Below are positions 14,371-27,610 of a stretch of 64,000 nucleotides of DNA, piece after piece. The DNA comes from Camelus dromedarius (Eukaryota). The notes under the pieces were generated by a model. It worked only from the letters and a program-made list of their open reading frames with translations, had not been told where the DNA came from and made no database searches. Made by a program: the position numbers and the translations under genes. The stretch is from contig NC_087437.1 in the NCBI RefSeq assembly GCF_036321535.1, positions 23,562,001 to 23,626,000 of the forward strand, written 5' to 3'. Each line of letters opens with the position of its first letter. The stretch's first letter is position 1.

Positions 14371-14950
14371 TTCATTCATTTAGCAAATGTATTTTCAATG
14401 CATATTTGCTAGGAGACACAAAGATTGAAAGGCGGTTTCTAATCTCAAGGTGCCATGGTCAGGGCTGCAAAATTGCAGGCAGCTATCAGTGATAAGGTGA
14501 GACAATGTCTATTACAGATTGTGTGTGACACATAGTGGGAGCCCAAGAGAAAGGGACCATATTAGTAACAGTCTTAAGGAAGATACAGTTTTAAAACCGA
14601 TGCTTGAAGACTGAGCTTAAAAGGATGAATTATCCAGGCAGATTCAGGTTGGAGGAAGAGAGTCAGAGAGGGAAGGAGACCATTCCAAGCAGAAGTAGCA
14701 TATTCAAAAGTCGGGTTTGTATTAGAAAATGAGATTTATTTAAGGATCTCCATGTCACTCAGAAATGGTAGTGGGATGTGTGAGGGGAGAGTAGTGAGAG
14801 ATGAGATTGAGTGTATAGACAGAGCTGCAATATGAGTATCTTCTGTCTTTAACTAATTAGATTTTATCTCTAAATTGAAGGAGCCATTTAGAATTTCTAC
14901 ATCTATAATACCACAGTCATATTTAAATCAATTGCATATAATTTCTCTTT
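14371..14950 (-). mobile_element. L2 LINE 3' fragment
   Basis: Begins ttcattcatttagcaaatgtattt (reverse-complement L2 tail); internal cattccaagcagaag and gagagatgagattga. Boundaries approximate. Confidence 0.75.
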
Positions 14951-17900
14951 GAACACGTGAGTAAACATTTTTGGAGATACCTGATTTTTTTTTCACACTA
15001 ATTGGCTTAACGTTAAAAATTAAAATGTTCCAGTTTCCACTCATCTTTCCTTTTACCTTTTGTATGTGCCACTCATCAGGTATACAGAGAGCCTACCATC
15101 TTTTTGCACCTCAAGCCTATCTCTCTGTTCTGCCGGTTTCCTTGCTCTGGGAGTAGAAAGAGCCATGTTTCTACTAGTATTCTCATCAATGCCTCTCCCT
15201 AACCGTTACAGATTTCAGACGTTGCACACCACTTTCTCTATCCTTTATTCAGGTGTCACAGTTACTTCCTTATCAGATAATCAAAACTATTCTAAATACT
15301 TGCATCACTCTGTTAGTTGAAGTTCTGAAATAAATGTATGTGGGTTGCTGTTGTGATTTGAATATCAGAGCTATGAATTTGACCATTTAAATGTAAATTC
15401 CAAGGACAAGGGGCAGAAGGTAGGATTTGCAGATATTTAACAGTTATTGGCTGCCAGTAAAACCCTGAGTGATTTTCTTTAAGTCCTTGAGATGCAGAAT
15501 GGATCTCTGTTGCCAGCCTTGGTTGTCTAGCTTTTTGAAATACATTCATTGGAAAGCTGCTCTAAGTTCAAGTCGAGTGTTAATTACAGAAAGAGCACAT
15601 ATTACCAGTTTCCATTGTATGAGTATCATCAGATGTCTTTCTGTTTCTGAAATTAGGGATTCAGGAGAGAATGTGCTTATGTAACAAGGAATTACTGAAA
15701 AAAAATTTCTATAGCTGTAATTCAAGTAGTGCTTTTTCTTTTCATGAACAGACAGTTTACTTTGGGAGCATCTAAAGAACATCATTAAATGCAGTGCTCG
15801 GTAGGAATCTCAAAATTTAGCCTGAAATATTGGGAAAAGGAGGCTTGGTGTTGCTGATTCTCCAAATAGACTCAAATGCTTAAATAGAAATCTGTGATGA
15901 AAACTTTGATTTTGTTACACAAGCAAAATGCCTATTAAAGTGGTTAGATAATTTTGCCTTTTATAAGTGTAGAATGTTGCCTGGTATATCCTCTTTTCTT
16001 TAGCAGCAGATGGTTCTTAAATAAGAGAAAGTCTTTCTTTTAGTTTTAATTCGTCTCTGAGACTTTAGAGAAAGGATACAGGGGCACATTTGACAAACTA
16101 AGAATCTAGATAAAACATACAGAGTGAATAAATAGCTGCCTCCCTGACATCTATGTGATGTACAAACCAACAGAAGAAAGAAAAAAAAAACTGTCTTACG
16201 ATTATGAACATATCTTTAAACCAGAGAGAGCATGAGAGAGGGCTGATTTCTGAAGACTGTTTATTCTATAAATATGCTTATGTACACACAACACATTCTT
16301 GATATATGATCAGTGACAACAGTCACTAAAAGAGTTCACAGGGGACACAGGAAATTTCTGATCTGTGTTCTCGTCTGAAAAGTGCTAAGAGCATAGATGC
16401 ACTGTGCAGTTCTACAGTTCTCATTCAGTTCTTGTGGTTCAGAATACAGCAGCAGCCTGCACGGAATTTTGAGACTTGCATCATTTTTATTCCCAATTCT
16501 CCCCACAATCCATAAAATGTAATTAAATTAGTGACAAAGAACAGTTGTACTCAATTTCCCCAAATCCCAATATGGGCTGGATTAAAATATGACATAGAAT
16601 CCTTCTGGCTTCACTTGTGCTCTCACCTACTCCAGAATCTGTTAATTTTATGCCCTCTTCCAATAATACCCTACAGTCCCCCATCCTTAAATTTCCCTAG
16701 TGATTGTGGTCTGTTTCCAGAATGTAGACCAGTACCACCAAATTATTTCTTTGTTTTTTTTTATACATAAAGTATATGGAGGAGATACAAGGACTATAAA
16801 AACATGGTCCATGCTCTGCTGTCATGATGTCAGATTCCAATTGATTCCCTGAGGTTACACAACAACCCTATTTTTCATGGCTTTTTCATACTTTAATATC
16901 TTCCTCAAGAATAATTCCGTAATTTCCAATTTTATCAACTAGCCCCTCCATTTCCACCAGCTTTCAGTAAATAGCCGTATTTTCTACTTTGTTTATTATT
17001 CTTATTAACTGCAAGTACTATGCTAGCTAATTTTACTGTATCCTAAGGTAAGCACTATTATTAATTTAATTTTACAGGTAAAGTGACTGCATATAAAAAT
17101 CTTACAAATGAGGTGACTGCATATGATGTTTGGAAATGTTATTTTTTAATATCCTTTTTAATGTCTTTTTCAATTCTCTATTTCCAAGTCAGAGCAGTGA
17201 AATGTATTGCCCTGAGGAAGAAAAAAGGTAGGAACCACCAAGAACAGGTCAGCTGTTGTTCAGTTTTGTCTCAAATCTGGTACTCTTTACCACTTTAACT
17301 AGATAATACTTGATAAAAGCCCATGTAGTTGATAGACAAAAATTTCAAGAGTTTCTTTGTTATTCTCTTTTAATATATCTAAAGGTAGGTCAGTGAACTT
17401 TATTGTAGCTATTTTTTTTTTCACTTATGTCTCAGACCTATGAGAACAAGGGAGAAAAATCCCCCAATTTCCCTAAAAATGTTTTGTGGGAATAAATCTG
17501 TGTGGAACTACATTTTCTGACTACTACTTCTGGCCAGAGTTCCAGAGAAGTGAGTCATGTTAGGGGGATTCCCAACCAGTCAAGGTTAAGGGATCTTTTA
17601 TTTCACCTTCTATTTGGGATTTTAACAAGTCCCCTTTGCATGTGATCATACTAAAGCAGTATTTGACTTGTATAGGAAGAACATAGGAATCTGTTTAACT
17701 CTCCTTAACCTCCCTGGCTCTCTACTGTGGGAAAATGGCCTGTAGGTTGCCTCACGATCCTGGTGTGTGTATGTGTTATCTGTGCGCACGTGTGTGTACG
17801 TGTAAACAGGGCAGGTAGTACGGCTATAACCTAGCCTGCTGGCTTTCGAGAATGTCAGAAGCAGATGTTGAAGGGATTAAATGCCCTAGAGATGAGAGCA

Positions 17901-19273
17901 GAAGGATGGGCTTCCTAGACCAGCTGCTAGAGAAAAATCAGAGCACATAGGAATATCAGTGGAATCAGTCAGCAGAAGGAGATGGATGAGTCAACTGGAG
18001 CATAGTCTAAATTAAGAACATAGACCATGTGTTGCATTAGCATCATATTTGAGCTGTGGAAGCCAAAGTCTCTGGAATGAGTTTCTCACACCTCAGTAGA
18101 GATTAGCAGCAGAGATGAGCAGATCTCAGTAGCTCCCCTCATTAAATTTCATGTGGTTATACCCCATGCATACCCACAATTCCTCCATATAGCCAGATAA
18201 CATCTTAAAGAGGAGACGTGGAAGTAGGAATACTTCTGAAAGAATGTGCATTTAAACAGTCATCTAGGCATATGCCAACTTTCAAGAGAAATCATCCAAA
18301 TTATTGAACTGGCTTGAGATTATCAGATCAGAATCCATCTGGTTTTCCTCAACACCAAAACATCCCTACCCCTCAGCAGAAGGTTAGGTACTAACTAGAA
18401 GGATTAGTTATAGTGAAATAAAGAAGACATTTTTCTCTGTGTATCTAAGTGCAGCATGAATAAACTTTCCTTAACAAATAAAGCAACTATACTATGAGCT
18501 CTGACCAAGGATCACATTTTCTCTTGTTATTCACCATCTACAGCTCCAGTGTCTGCCTAGCCACTTTTTACGCACTTCGGGATGTAAAGATACGTTAAAG
18601 AACTTGTTATTTTTCCTTTAGGGCAGAGAGGCAGAAACATAATTATGATTTTGAAAACTATAACTTTCACCATGATCAGAAACCCATTTCCTTTCACTTT
18701 TTCGTGGAGCTCTTACATCTCAGCCACTCCTCTTTGTCCCACTGTGTTCCATCTTCATTTCAATACTCAATTTTCCTATGTTTGTAAACATATAAAAGTT
18801 ATCTCTTTTGAAATACAGAACAAAATTGAACTTATATGAATATTCTGCCCCTTTGGGCAATCATCCAACTTTTGCTCCTTTCCAAACTTTTCAATTAAGA
18901 TTTACAATACCTGTAGCCATTCCCTTACCTCTTTCTCTCTCTCTTTTTCTTCTCTGTTGTCTTTTCCCCTCAGTAACTTCAGAAATCTTATCTAAACACT
19001 AAGAACTGCTCTCAGTGAGTATGGACACTACTGAGTTCCTGACGATAAATGGAAGAGTGTGTTTATAGTCTCTTTTTCCCTTGCTGTCTCTGGAAACCTT
19101 GACCCTGATTGTATCTTCCTTATCGACGCTTTCTCCTGTCACAGGTTTAATGAAATACATCATCCTAATTCTCTTCCCACTCCTTGCTATCTCTATTCTT
19201 TTTTATGTTAATGCCTTTGCTTTGTTTGCTTCCTACTCACTGGCCTTTCCTTTTGTGAGGCCAGCTTATTAAC

Positions 19274-19329
19274 GACTTTCCAAATACATTTCCATCTCCC
19301 AGACTTTCCAAATACATTTCCATCTCCCA
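19274..19329. repeat. Perfect 28-bp tandem duplication
   Basis: gactttccaaatacatttccatctccca occurs at 19274-19301 and 19302-19329. Confidence 0.97.
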
Positions 19330-19369
19330 AACTATTAGTCATCTAAAGAGGATCACTGTGAGAGCTGAG

Positions 19370-19480
19370 AAGTACAGGGTTTGTGTTAAGACATCCATGA
19401 TAGACTTACCGACTTAGTAACTGTGTGGCCTTAGACAAGCTCTAATCTTTCCAAGTATAAGTTTTATTATCTGTTAAGAG
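19370..19480 (+). mobile_element. Degenerate MIR fragment
   Basis: acttagtaactgtgtggccttagacaagc...ttttattatctgt resembles the MIR core. Confidence 0.55.
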
Positions 19481-19789
19481 TTGCCTAATTATATTTACGT
19501 CAAACTGTTGCTTGATGATTAAAAAAATAAACCTTAAAAGTGGTATCAATAACTGGCATATAGTATACACTAGTAAATTGTAGCAATTTTCATTCTTGGT
19601 ATTCTGAGCATGTATTTTTTTTCCCACTAAAATCATAAACATTCATCAGAGTCTTGGCTAAAGTCCTCTCTCTTTCACGAAGCATGTCCTTTCCACTCTA
19701 GGTTCAGGGGGTTACTTGTTCCACTGGACAAATTTTAGAACATATATTGTCCATTAACTACATCTTACTTTTATAGAGTATTATTATTA

Positions 19790-21830
19790 TTTGAAACATA
19801 CTTCTATTATGTCATAAAAATGATTATAAATACTGTCTGATATAAGAAGAGTAGATTCTTATAGTATAAGAAACCTTCAATAGTATGTATCAATTTCTTC
19901 CCTCTTGAATTTTATACTGTCATGATAATATATTTTATTTTTACATATATTATAAAACTCATGATACATTGTTATTATTTTTTTAAATAGTCAATCATGT
20001 TTTAGAGAGATTTATGTAATAAGAAAATGTTTATGTACTTAACAATGTAGTTATTATTTCCAATACTCTTTTATCCTTTGTGAAGACCCACATTTCTATC
20101 TGATTCTCCTGGTAACCTAACGGATCTCCTTTAGTATTTCTTGACACGTGAGTCTGCTAGTGATGAATATTTTCAGGTTTTGCATGTGTACAAAAGTCTT
20201 CCTTTTCTTATGTTTTGGAAAGATTATTTGAGTGAGTATAGAATTCTAGATTAACAACATTTTTCTTTTAATATATTAAACATATTACTCCACCATCTTC
20301 TCACTAATATTGTTTCTGACAAGAAATACGCTATCGTCTTTATCTTTTTTTTTTTTTTTTTTTTTTGCTTGTAACACTTTTTTTTGTCTCTGGCAGCTTT
20401 TAAGGGCTGGTTTTGAGCAATTCCATTTTGGTGTATCTTAGGATAGTTTTCTTTTGCTTCTTCTTCTTGGAATTTGTTGAGATTCTTGGATCTGTGGATT
20501 TATAATTATCCAGTTTGGAAGATTTTTCTTCAAATAGATAGTTCTTCAAATTTTTCTGTGTCCCTTTCTTTCCTTTCTCCTTAATGATTCCAATTATGTG
20601 TATATCAGGCCACTTGAAGTGTCTCCCAGTTCTCTAATACTCTTGAAAAAAAAAAATCCCTTTTAGTTCTGTGTTTTATTTTGAATAGTATCAGTTATTA
20701 TGCTATAAAGTTCATTCATGCTTTTAATGATATTGATTCCATTTATGTTTCATCTTATGCATCATAGTTTGCCTCTCTATATGTTTAATTCAGACATTTT
20801 CAATAGCTTCTGCGTCTTTACTGAACTTTTGAATATACAGACTATTGTTTACAAAAGTGTTTTGTTTTATTTTTAGGATGGGAGGTAATTAGGTATACTT
20901 ATTTATTTATTTTTAGAGGAGGTGCTGGGGATTGAACCCAGGACCTTGTGTATGCTAAGCACATGCACTCTACCACTGAGCTCTACCCACCCTGCACCCC
21001 CCACTAAAGTGTTTTAATGTCTTTGTCTGCTAATTGCAACATCTGTTCTGAGTTGCTCTCTATTGATTATTTTTCCGCTCATTATAGGTCATGATTTCAT
21101 GCCTTTTTGGCAAGCCTGGTAATTTTTGATGGGATGCCAGACTTTGTGAATTTTAACTCACCAGGTGGTGGATACTTTATTTTCTTATATATATTATTGA
21201 ATATCATTCTGAAATACAGTTAAGTTAGCTGGAAACAGTTTGATCCTTTCAGATGCTACTTAATATTTTTTTAGGTAGTACAGGAGTAGCAATCAGTCCA
21301 GGGGTAACTATTCTGTATACTGAGGCAAGTATACTCCTCCCAAACACTGGTGAATAATTGGATTTTTCACTTCTGGTTGTTACGAACAAGCATTTTCCCC
21401 TGCTCTATGTGGGCCCGGGACACTACCACCTCTAGTTCTCTGAGGGCAGTTACTCTCTGGCCTCACGTTATTTTCTAACATACATTTGCTGGATCCTAGA
21501 TAGGGACCTTTTGCAGATCTCTGAATTTCTGTCTCTGCTCACTTTCTCCAGTACTCTGCACATGGACTCTTACTAACTCGGTGTCGCAGACTCTCAGCTC
21601 TCTGTCCTCACTGTCACCTACGTTCCCCCTCACAGGACTGGACATGCTCTCTAGCCAGTAAGCTGGGGGCAGTTATTAGGCTTATCTCATTGGTCTCCTG
21701 CCTCTCAGGAACCACTTTCCTTCATTATTTGATATGCATTGTCTTGAAAACTGTTGTTTCTTGTGTCCTAGCCATGTTTTGTTTTTTCAGGTAGGAATAT
21801 TTTGACCTGTTACTCCGCATAGACCATAAT
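19790..21830 (-). mobile_element. Old L1M (L1MC/L1MD-type) 5'/ORF1-region remnant, interrupted by SINE copy 3
   Basis: T-rich tract with L1M-like blocks: ctcctttagtatttcttg...gagtctgctagtgatgaat, gagtatagaattctaga, gtttctgacaagaaat, gattcttggatctgtggatt, gggatgccagactttgtgaatttt. Boundaries approximate. Confidence 0.78.
20864..21005 (-). mobile_element. Camelid tRNA-Ala-derived SINE (Vic-1-type), copy 3
   Basis: Minus strand reads GGGTAGAGCTCAGTGGTAGAGTGCATGTGCTTAGCATACACAAGGTCCTGGGTTCAATCCCCAGCACC, then ACCTAATTACCTCCC. A 10-bp TSD aaagtgtttt lies at 20854-20863 and 21006-21015. Confidence 0.92.
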
Positions 21831-22074
21831 TATAAGTTCTGTTCAAATGTGTTTTGATTTATCCCAGTTTGTAATCATTAAAGTGATTGAGTGGGGATTT
21901 AAATGTCATTCTGGCTGAAAGTTAAATTTCTATTTTAATATAAATTTGTATAATTTAGAAAAATTTAACATTGTACACATAGAACACATTTATGTATCTA
22001 AATACACACACACACCTACCTATCTTTATGTATGTGTAGTCTTCAACTTGCATAATATATTGCTAATTTTCTTC

Positions 22075-22240
22075 AATCATTCATTTGTTCATTCATTTAT
22101 TCACTTTTTAAGTATACATTGAATAGTTTCTTTGTGTTGATCACTCTGATAAACATGAGGCATAAGCACTTAATATATAAAAATTTTCACCATTCAAGAC
22201 TTTAGTTTAAGGTAGAACAAGCTACTTAACTTAATAAAGC
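22075..22240 (-). mobile_element. L2 3'-end fragment
   Basis: (ttca)n-like tail tcattcatttgttcattcatttattc followed by L2-end-like sequence. Confidence 0.55.
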
Positions 22241-22970
22241 AATACAGCTCATTCTTTTTACTTCCCTCATAGATCCTAGTATACTGTAGGCCTGCAGATA
22301 GTTAAATGTTCATTGAAAATGTAACTTTAAATTTAAAAGAGAATTCTATATAAATGAAGTTCTTAAATTCTAATGATCTGTATGTGTATATGTGCACATG
22401 TGTGAACTTAGAAACAGGGATCGCTTTATTATATATATATCACTTAAGTGTTTGAAATATTTTTTAATGTGGATAAAATTAGCTTAATATTTAAGATATT
22501 CCCTCTAATGCCACCTCCTATGCATCCATGCCCTTCTAAAATTCTTTGGTTTTGCATGTATTTGATGATGCTTAATTAAATTCAATATTTTTAAGACAGA
22601 ACTTCTCATATGAAGATATAATTTCAAGTTTAATGGCCAAATTTTTAATTTATTTTATTTCTTAAATCGTCTGTTACACACATGAAATAACTTTGTGTCA
22701 AGGTGACAAATTTTTTTTTTAGTTTTTTTTTTTCTAAGATAAAAAACGTTTGACTGTTAGGTTTTTCATAGTTGATTTAGCAGCTCTGTCTTGTAGTCTT
22801 TCCCACAGATCTAATATATAGTTTTGTGAATAAAGGAAACCGCATAGTTACTCTATGAGGTGTTTCCAACGATGTAGATCTATATAGAAAAAGCCCCTTT
22901 GGAATAGACCTCAACTTTTTTTAGTTATTTCTGAATGTGAATTTTTCCTTCTTTTCTGTGTTCTAAGGGC

Positions 22971-22986
22971 ATATATATATATATAT

Positions 22987-23017
<31 letters not shown>

Positions 23018-23025
23018 CACACACA
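22971..23025. repeat. Compound (TA)n/(TACA)n/(CA)n microsatellite
   Basis: Read directly. Confidence 0.95.
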
Positions 23026-24246
23026 AAACATGTATAAACTAATATTTTTCTTCGCTACTATAATGCATTGATCATTCATTTATATTAGTAAAAGTTTCCA
23101 TTAGAAGTATAGCAAAAAACAAACGAAATCTCTCTATTCATTGCAGTTCTAATATATTTTGTCCATAATGTGTCACTATGGAAACTTTAATGTATTTATA
23201 CATGATTCAGATGCAATGTAGTTACATCAATATGATTATGGTTATAATTATAAATATCCATATACATTGCCTTTCTATTTCTGAAATTTTAAACAAATTA
23301 TCTTTTTAAAAATTTTAATTTCAAAATATTCATATAAATACCAAACTAGAATCCACACTTGAAGTTATTTTAGTCCTCAGAAGCTACTGTTTAAATTGGA
23401 ATTGCTATTTTTATAATTATATATAGACACATACACATTATATATGTATATAAATATATACCAGCTTCACAACTTCCTTTAGTCAAATCTGTCTAAGATA
23501 ATATGAAGACAGATACTGTGATTTATGTGCATAATTGGGATGACTCAATTTATTACACAAAACTCATTGTATGTCAATGAAAAATGGATTTGTTTATTTT
23601 GCTATTATTCAAGGACATCTTTAAATAAAACCAGGACACATATCTCTAAATGTAATGCAGACTTCATAATTAGGCATATTTCTTTTTAAGTATTTAGAAA
23701 GAAAAAGGTAAAGTATAAGAATATTTTATATTAATGTCAGATGAATCCTAGTATTCTGCTAATCTAAAACTTGTATCTTCATTTCTGTTGAAAGCTACAG
23801 TTAGTTCTCACAATATTTTACTTTGTTTTATTTTTCTCCTGTCTTTCGCCAACCTTAAAAACATCAGTTTTCCCTTTTCTAAACTAATACATGCTGGGTT
23901 TTTTTGAATATGCTCATCAGGAAGTTTAGTCTGACATTGCTTCTTATGTGCCCCACTTTAACCCTTAATTTCAGATCCAGCTGGAGTTTTTAATGTTTAT
24001 TTCACACAATTACATTTTTATTGTTAAATGAAAATTTATTGCACTAAAAGTGATTTCTTCCCTTGTAATAACAATAGAATGAATTTCATATACAATCTTA
24101 AAGTATATACAAATATTGTTATTCATCTTATCACAGTCATTTTTGTGGGGAGAGTAGACAGCAGAGTAGAAATCCCCAGCTCCCAGGGGTTTCTCCTGTG
24201 GCCGTGTTAGTGCTTCTAAGAGCCCCTTTCATCCCCATGATACATG

Positions 24247-24446
24247 NNNNNNNNNNNNNNNNNNNNNNNNNNNNNNNNNNNNNNNNNNNNNNNNNNNNNN
24301 NNNNNNNNNNNNNNNNNNNNNNNNNNNNNNNNNNNNNNNNNNNNNNNNNNNNNNNNNNNNNNNNNNNNNNNNNNNNNNNNNNNNNNNNNNNNNNNNNNNN
24401 NNNNNNNNNNNNNNNNNNNNNNNNNNNNNNNNNNNNNNNNNNNNNN
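24247..24446. other. Assembly gap (exactly 200 N)
   Basis: 200 consecutive N; the round size suggests a scaffolding placeholder of unknown true length. Confidence 0.98.
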
Positions 24447-25309
24447 CATCAAATTCTGAAAATAATTTAAACATAATATAAATAAGTATAACACACATAA
24501 ACAAATAAATTCAAACAAGTCAATAAAAAAAAGGAAAACATTTCCATCAAGATAATTAACATTCTCAGATTTTTTTTAGAAGTGTGTATTTCTCACATAA
24601 TTTTCACCCTATGAGAAACAGATATTCAAGGAAGAATAAGTCATTTTCATTAAACTGTCAAGCTTGAAGTAAATATATTTTCAGAGTGCTTTTTCAATTA
24701 ACAATTCCTTTTTAAAAAAAAACAAATTTCACTTGTAAAGTTTCAAATAGGGCTTAATCAATTAAGAAAACTTGAACATATCATTCACAATAAATTTTGA
24801 AATAAGGAATATTAAGTTTTATTTCATAACAGCAAAGGGAATATTTTGCCTTGTTGTCTGTAATAAAATGACTGTATTTAAATATAGTTTTCTTTCTTAA
24901 CTTTTTCTACATAAATCGTTAAGAATTAGCTATAAGTTTACAGATTCTGCCTGGATGGATTTTTATACTTATAATTTCCAGTAAAAAATTAACAGCAAGG
25001 ATTTCATCATCCTTAGTAAGAAAAGTAATGTTGGCCAGACCCTTGGGGAGACAGAAATGTTACCTAACCCAGTGAGTCACACAGCAAAACTAAAAATGTG
25101 TAGTCGGACTGTGTCTGGCAATCCTACTCCAAATAAGGACTCCTACTGTTTCAGTACTGTTGCTAATCATCAAAAAAAAAAAAAATGTAGTAAGTAAGTA
25201 ATTTTGTTAAAGGACAACTGGGGGAAATAAAAGAAAAACATTATGACGTGCTCCACTCACAAGTTCTCACCAACCAATTCAACATTCCAACTTGCTCACC
25301 ATCTATGAA

Positions 25310-25845
25310 GTATTCCTGTCAAAAAATGTAACCTACATCTGACACACACTTTAGATTCCACTAAAATGTACACCACAAATTTATCAGGAATATAAGGACA
25401 GAAGACAACTGACCTAGAGAATAATGGCAAAAGAGAAAAAAGGAAAGGGAAACCAGAATTAAGAGACAATTCGACCAAATGTAAACCATGACCTTTATTT
25501 GGGTCCTGATTTGAACAGCCAACTGTAAAAAAGTATTCAGGAAAATCTGAACACTACTTGGAAATGTGTTAATATTATGAAATTATTTTGAATTTTGCTA
25601 ATGCTAATGGAATTGATATTTTTTAGAGTCCTTATAATTTAGACACAAATACTAAAGTATTTAACCAAGGAAAGGATATACTGTTTGTGATTTATTTAAA
25701 ATTATCTGGGGTACACAGAAGGCGATGAAGGAGGATAAGATTAAACAAGACTGCACATATGTGATGACTGTTAAAGCTGGATTCCACTTATACGTGTTTG
25801 GAAAATTATGTGCAATAATTGGAAATTACTACAATTTAAAAAAAG
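25310..25845 (+). mobile_element. Old L1 (L1MC4/5-type) 3' fragment
   Basis: accaaatgtaaaccatgacctttatttgggtcctgatttgaacagccaactgtaaaaa and gagtccttataatttagacacaaatactaaagtattta resemble the L1MC 3' UTR. Confidence 0.65.
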
Positions 25846-27027
25846 GGGAGTTCAACTTTATAGACAATTCCTAATCTTCCAATCAGAAAAATGACATAAA
25901 AATATTCAATATAAAATTCTTTTTAACCATCTGAATTATCTAAGTAAAAGAAAAGATGAACTAGAAAGCTTTTCTAACCAAACAAAATTACAATTTAAAC
26001 AACTATAATTAATATCTTACCCAATCCACCCACAACAGCCAAAATGATAAAGGCAGGTGACTGAAGAAATGGGCTTGACTAATGGACACCCATCAACCAC
26101 TACCAAAACCAGTCTATGACGGTGTCAGAGAAAGGGCAAATGGAAGCCCACTGTGACCAAATGTAAACTCTAGAGCCACTGCCTGACTCTATAGAAAATA
26201 GATTTATAGTTTTCGTGAGCAAGAAACATGTAATGTATCTATACAGTGTGCTTGACTAGAACAACCATTTATCAAATGAAAATCACATCATAGCCAAAAA
26301 TTACCCATAAACCTTCTGTAATCATATTTACAAAGTCCCTCCAAAATGCCTAGCACTACAGTAACGTTTAATACATATTTGTTAAGTGGCTTCATATTTA
26401 GCTATCTACCAAAATTCAGATGAGTAATAGAATTTCTCCAAAAATCAAGACAATTTATTTAAAAGGCCAAAACAGACAAACAAAGGCAAAACATCTTGCC
26501 ATGTTCTCTTTTATTAATGCACTTACAGCCAGGGGGCAGGGAAGAATGCATTAAGAGGCGGGGTTTTTTCTCCAAATAGTTGTTGATATACCAGCAGAAT
26601 TTATCAATTTTTAGTGCTGATCTAATTTTTCTTTCCAAAAACAAATTATGGGTTTAAAACAGGAAGTTTTTTGGCTAATATATGCTGTCTCTAATGTTAA
26701 AATCAGCACATAAATCCAGCAGAAATTCACTGTCCTAATGACAGACAACACATTCAGTAACTCAGCACTAGTCCAACTCCCTTTAATCTCACTCAGGGAG
26801 ATAAATCTCCTATCTTCCCAAGAAACTCTCTACACACAGTCAAACCAGTTCTTAATTTCAAATTTGCAAAAATCAAGAAAAATTCTATCACAGAAGGAGC
26901 TCTGAGTACACTGTTTTCATTCAGTGATAACTCATTTAATGACAGACATGTCCTTCATGTGTAAAGGTCAGCAGCTATCAATTTTTTATTCAAGGGACAT
27001 GTTTTCTTGGTAATGATCAGCATAGTG

Positions 27028-27227
27028 CAGGGGCCAGCAAACTTTTGCTAAAAAAGGCCAAATTGTAAATATTTTAGGCTTTGTGGTCTACATACACAAT
27101 TCTCTGTCACAATTCTCCCTTCTTCTTTAAAACATTTAAAAAATATAAAAAGAAATTCTTAGTTTTCTGGCTGGCTGTGCAAAAACAGCCGTGGGCCAGA
27201 TTTGGCCAAAGGGTCATGGTTTGCCAC
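27028..27227. mobile_element. MER58-family hAT-Charlie element
   Basis: caggggccagcaaactttt...gtaaatattttaggctttgtgg...gggccagatttggcc...gtttgcc. Confidence 0.8.
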
Positions 27228-27237
27228 GTAGTCGGCC

Positions 27238-27462
27238 ATGTGGCTCTGAAGACAAGCTCCTTTGGGTTCCAACCTCAGACCTATAATTCATCACTTGTTT
27301 GAAATCTGTCAGTTACTTAAAATCTGTGCCTCATCTGCTTCTCATCTATTATATGTGTGTAATCATAGCACCTGAGAGGCTTGCTGTGAGGGTTAATGAG
27401 TTACTATATGTGAAGTGCCTGACACACTGTAAGTCCTACACGTGTTAGACAGTATCTTATTA
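27238..27462 (+). mobile_element. MIR SINE
   Basis: agttacttaaaatctgtgcctca...ttgctgtgagggttaatgagtta...gtgcctgacacactgtaag. Confidence 0.8.
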
Positions 27463-27610
27463 TTTCTACTCAACAGATGCATGGGTAAGGGAGGTCACGG
27501 CTGATGTGCAAATCTCAGCAAGTTATGTAACTCGATCTCTTTCTCTACCAGTTACCCAGTCAAGAACCTGATACCTCTTCCAGCTCTCAAAAGGTTTTAT
27601 GATGCTACTA

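Noticed and set aside
26021..26188. Minus-strand 168-nt exon-like segment (ttttctatag|...TGG|gtaaga)
   Set aside because: Stops in all three frames, with only moderate splice signals.
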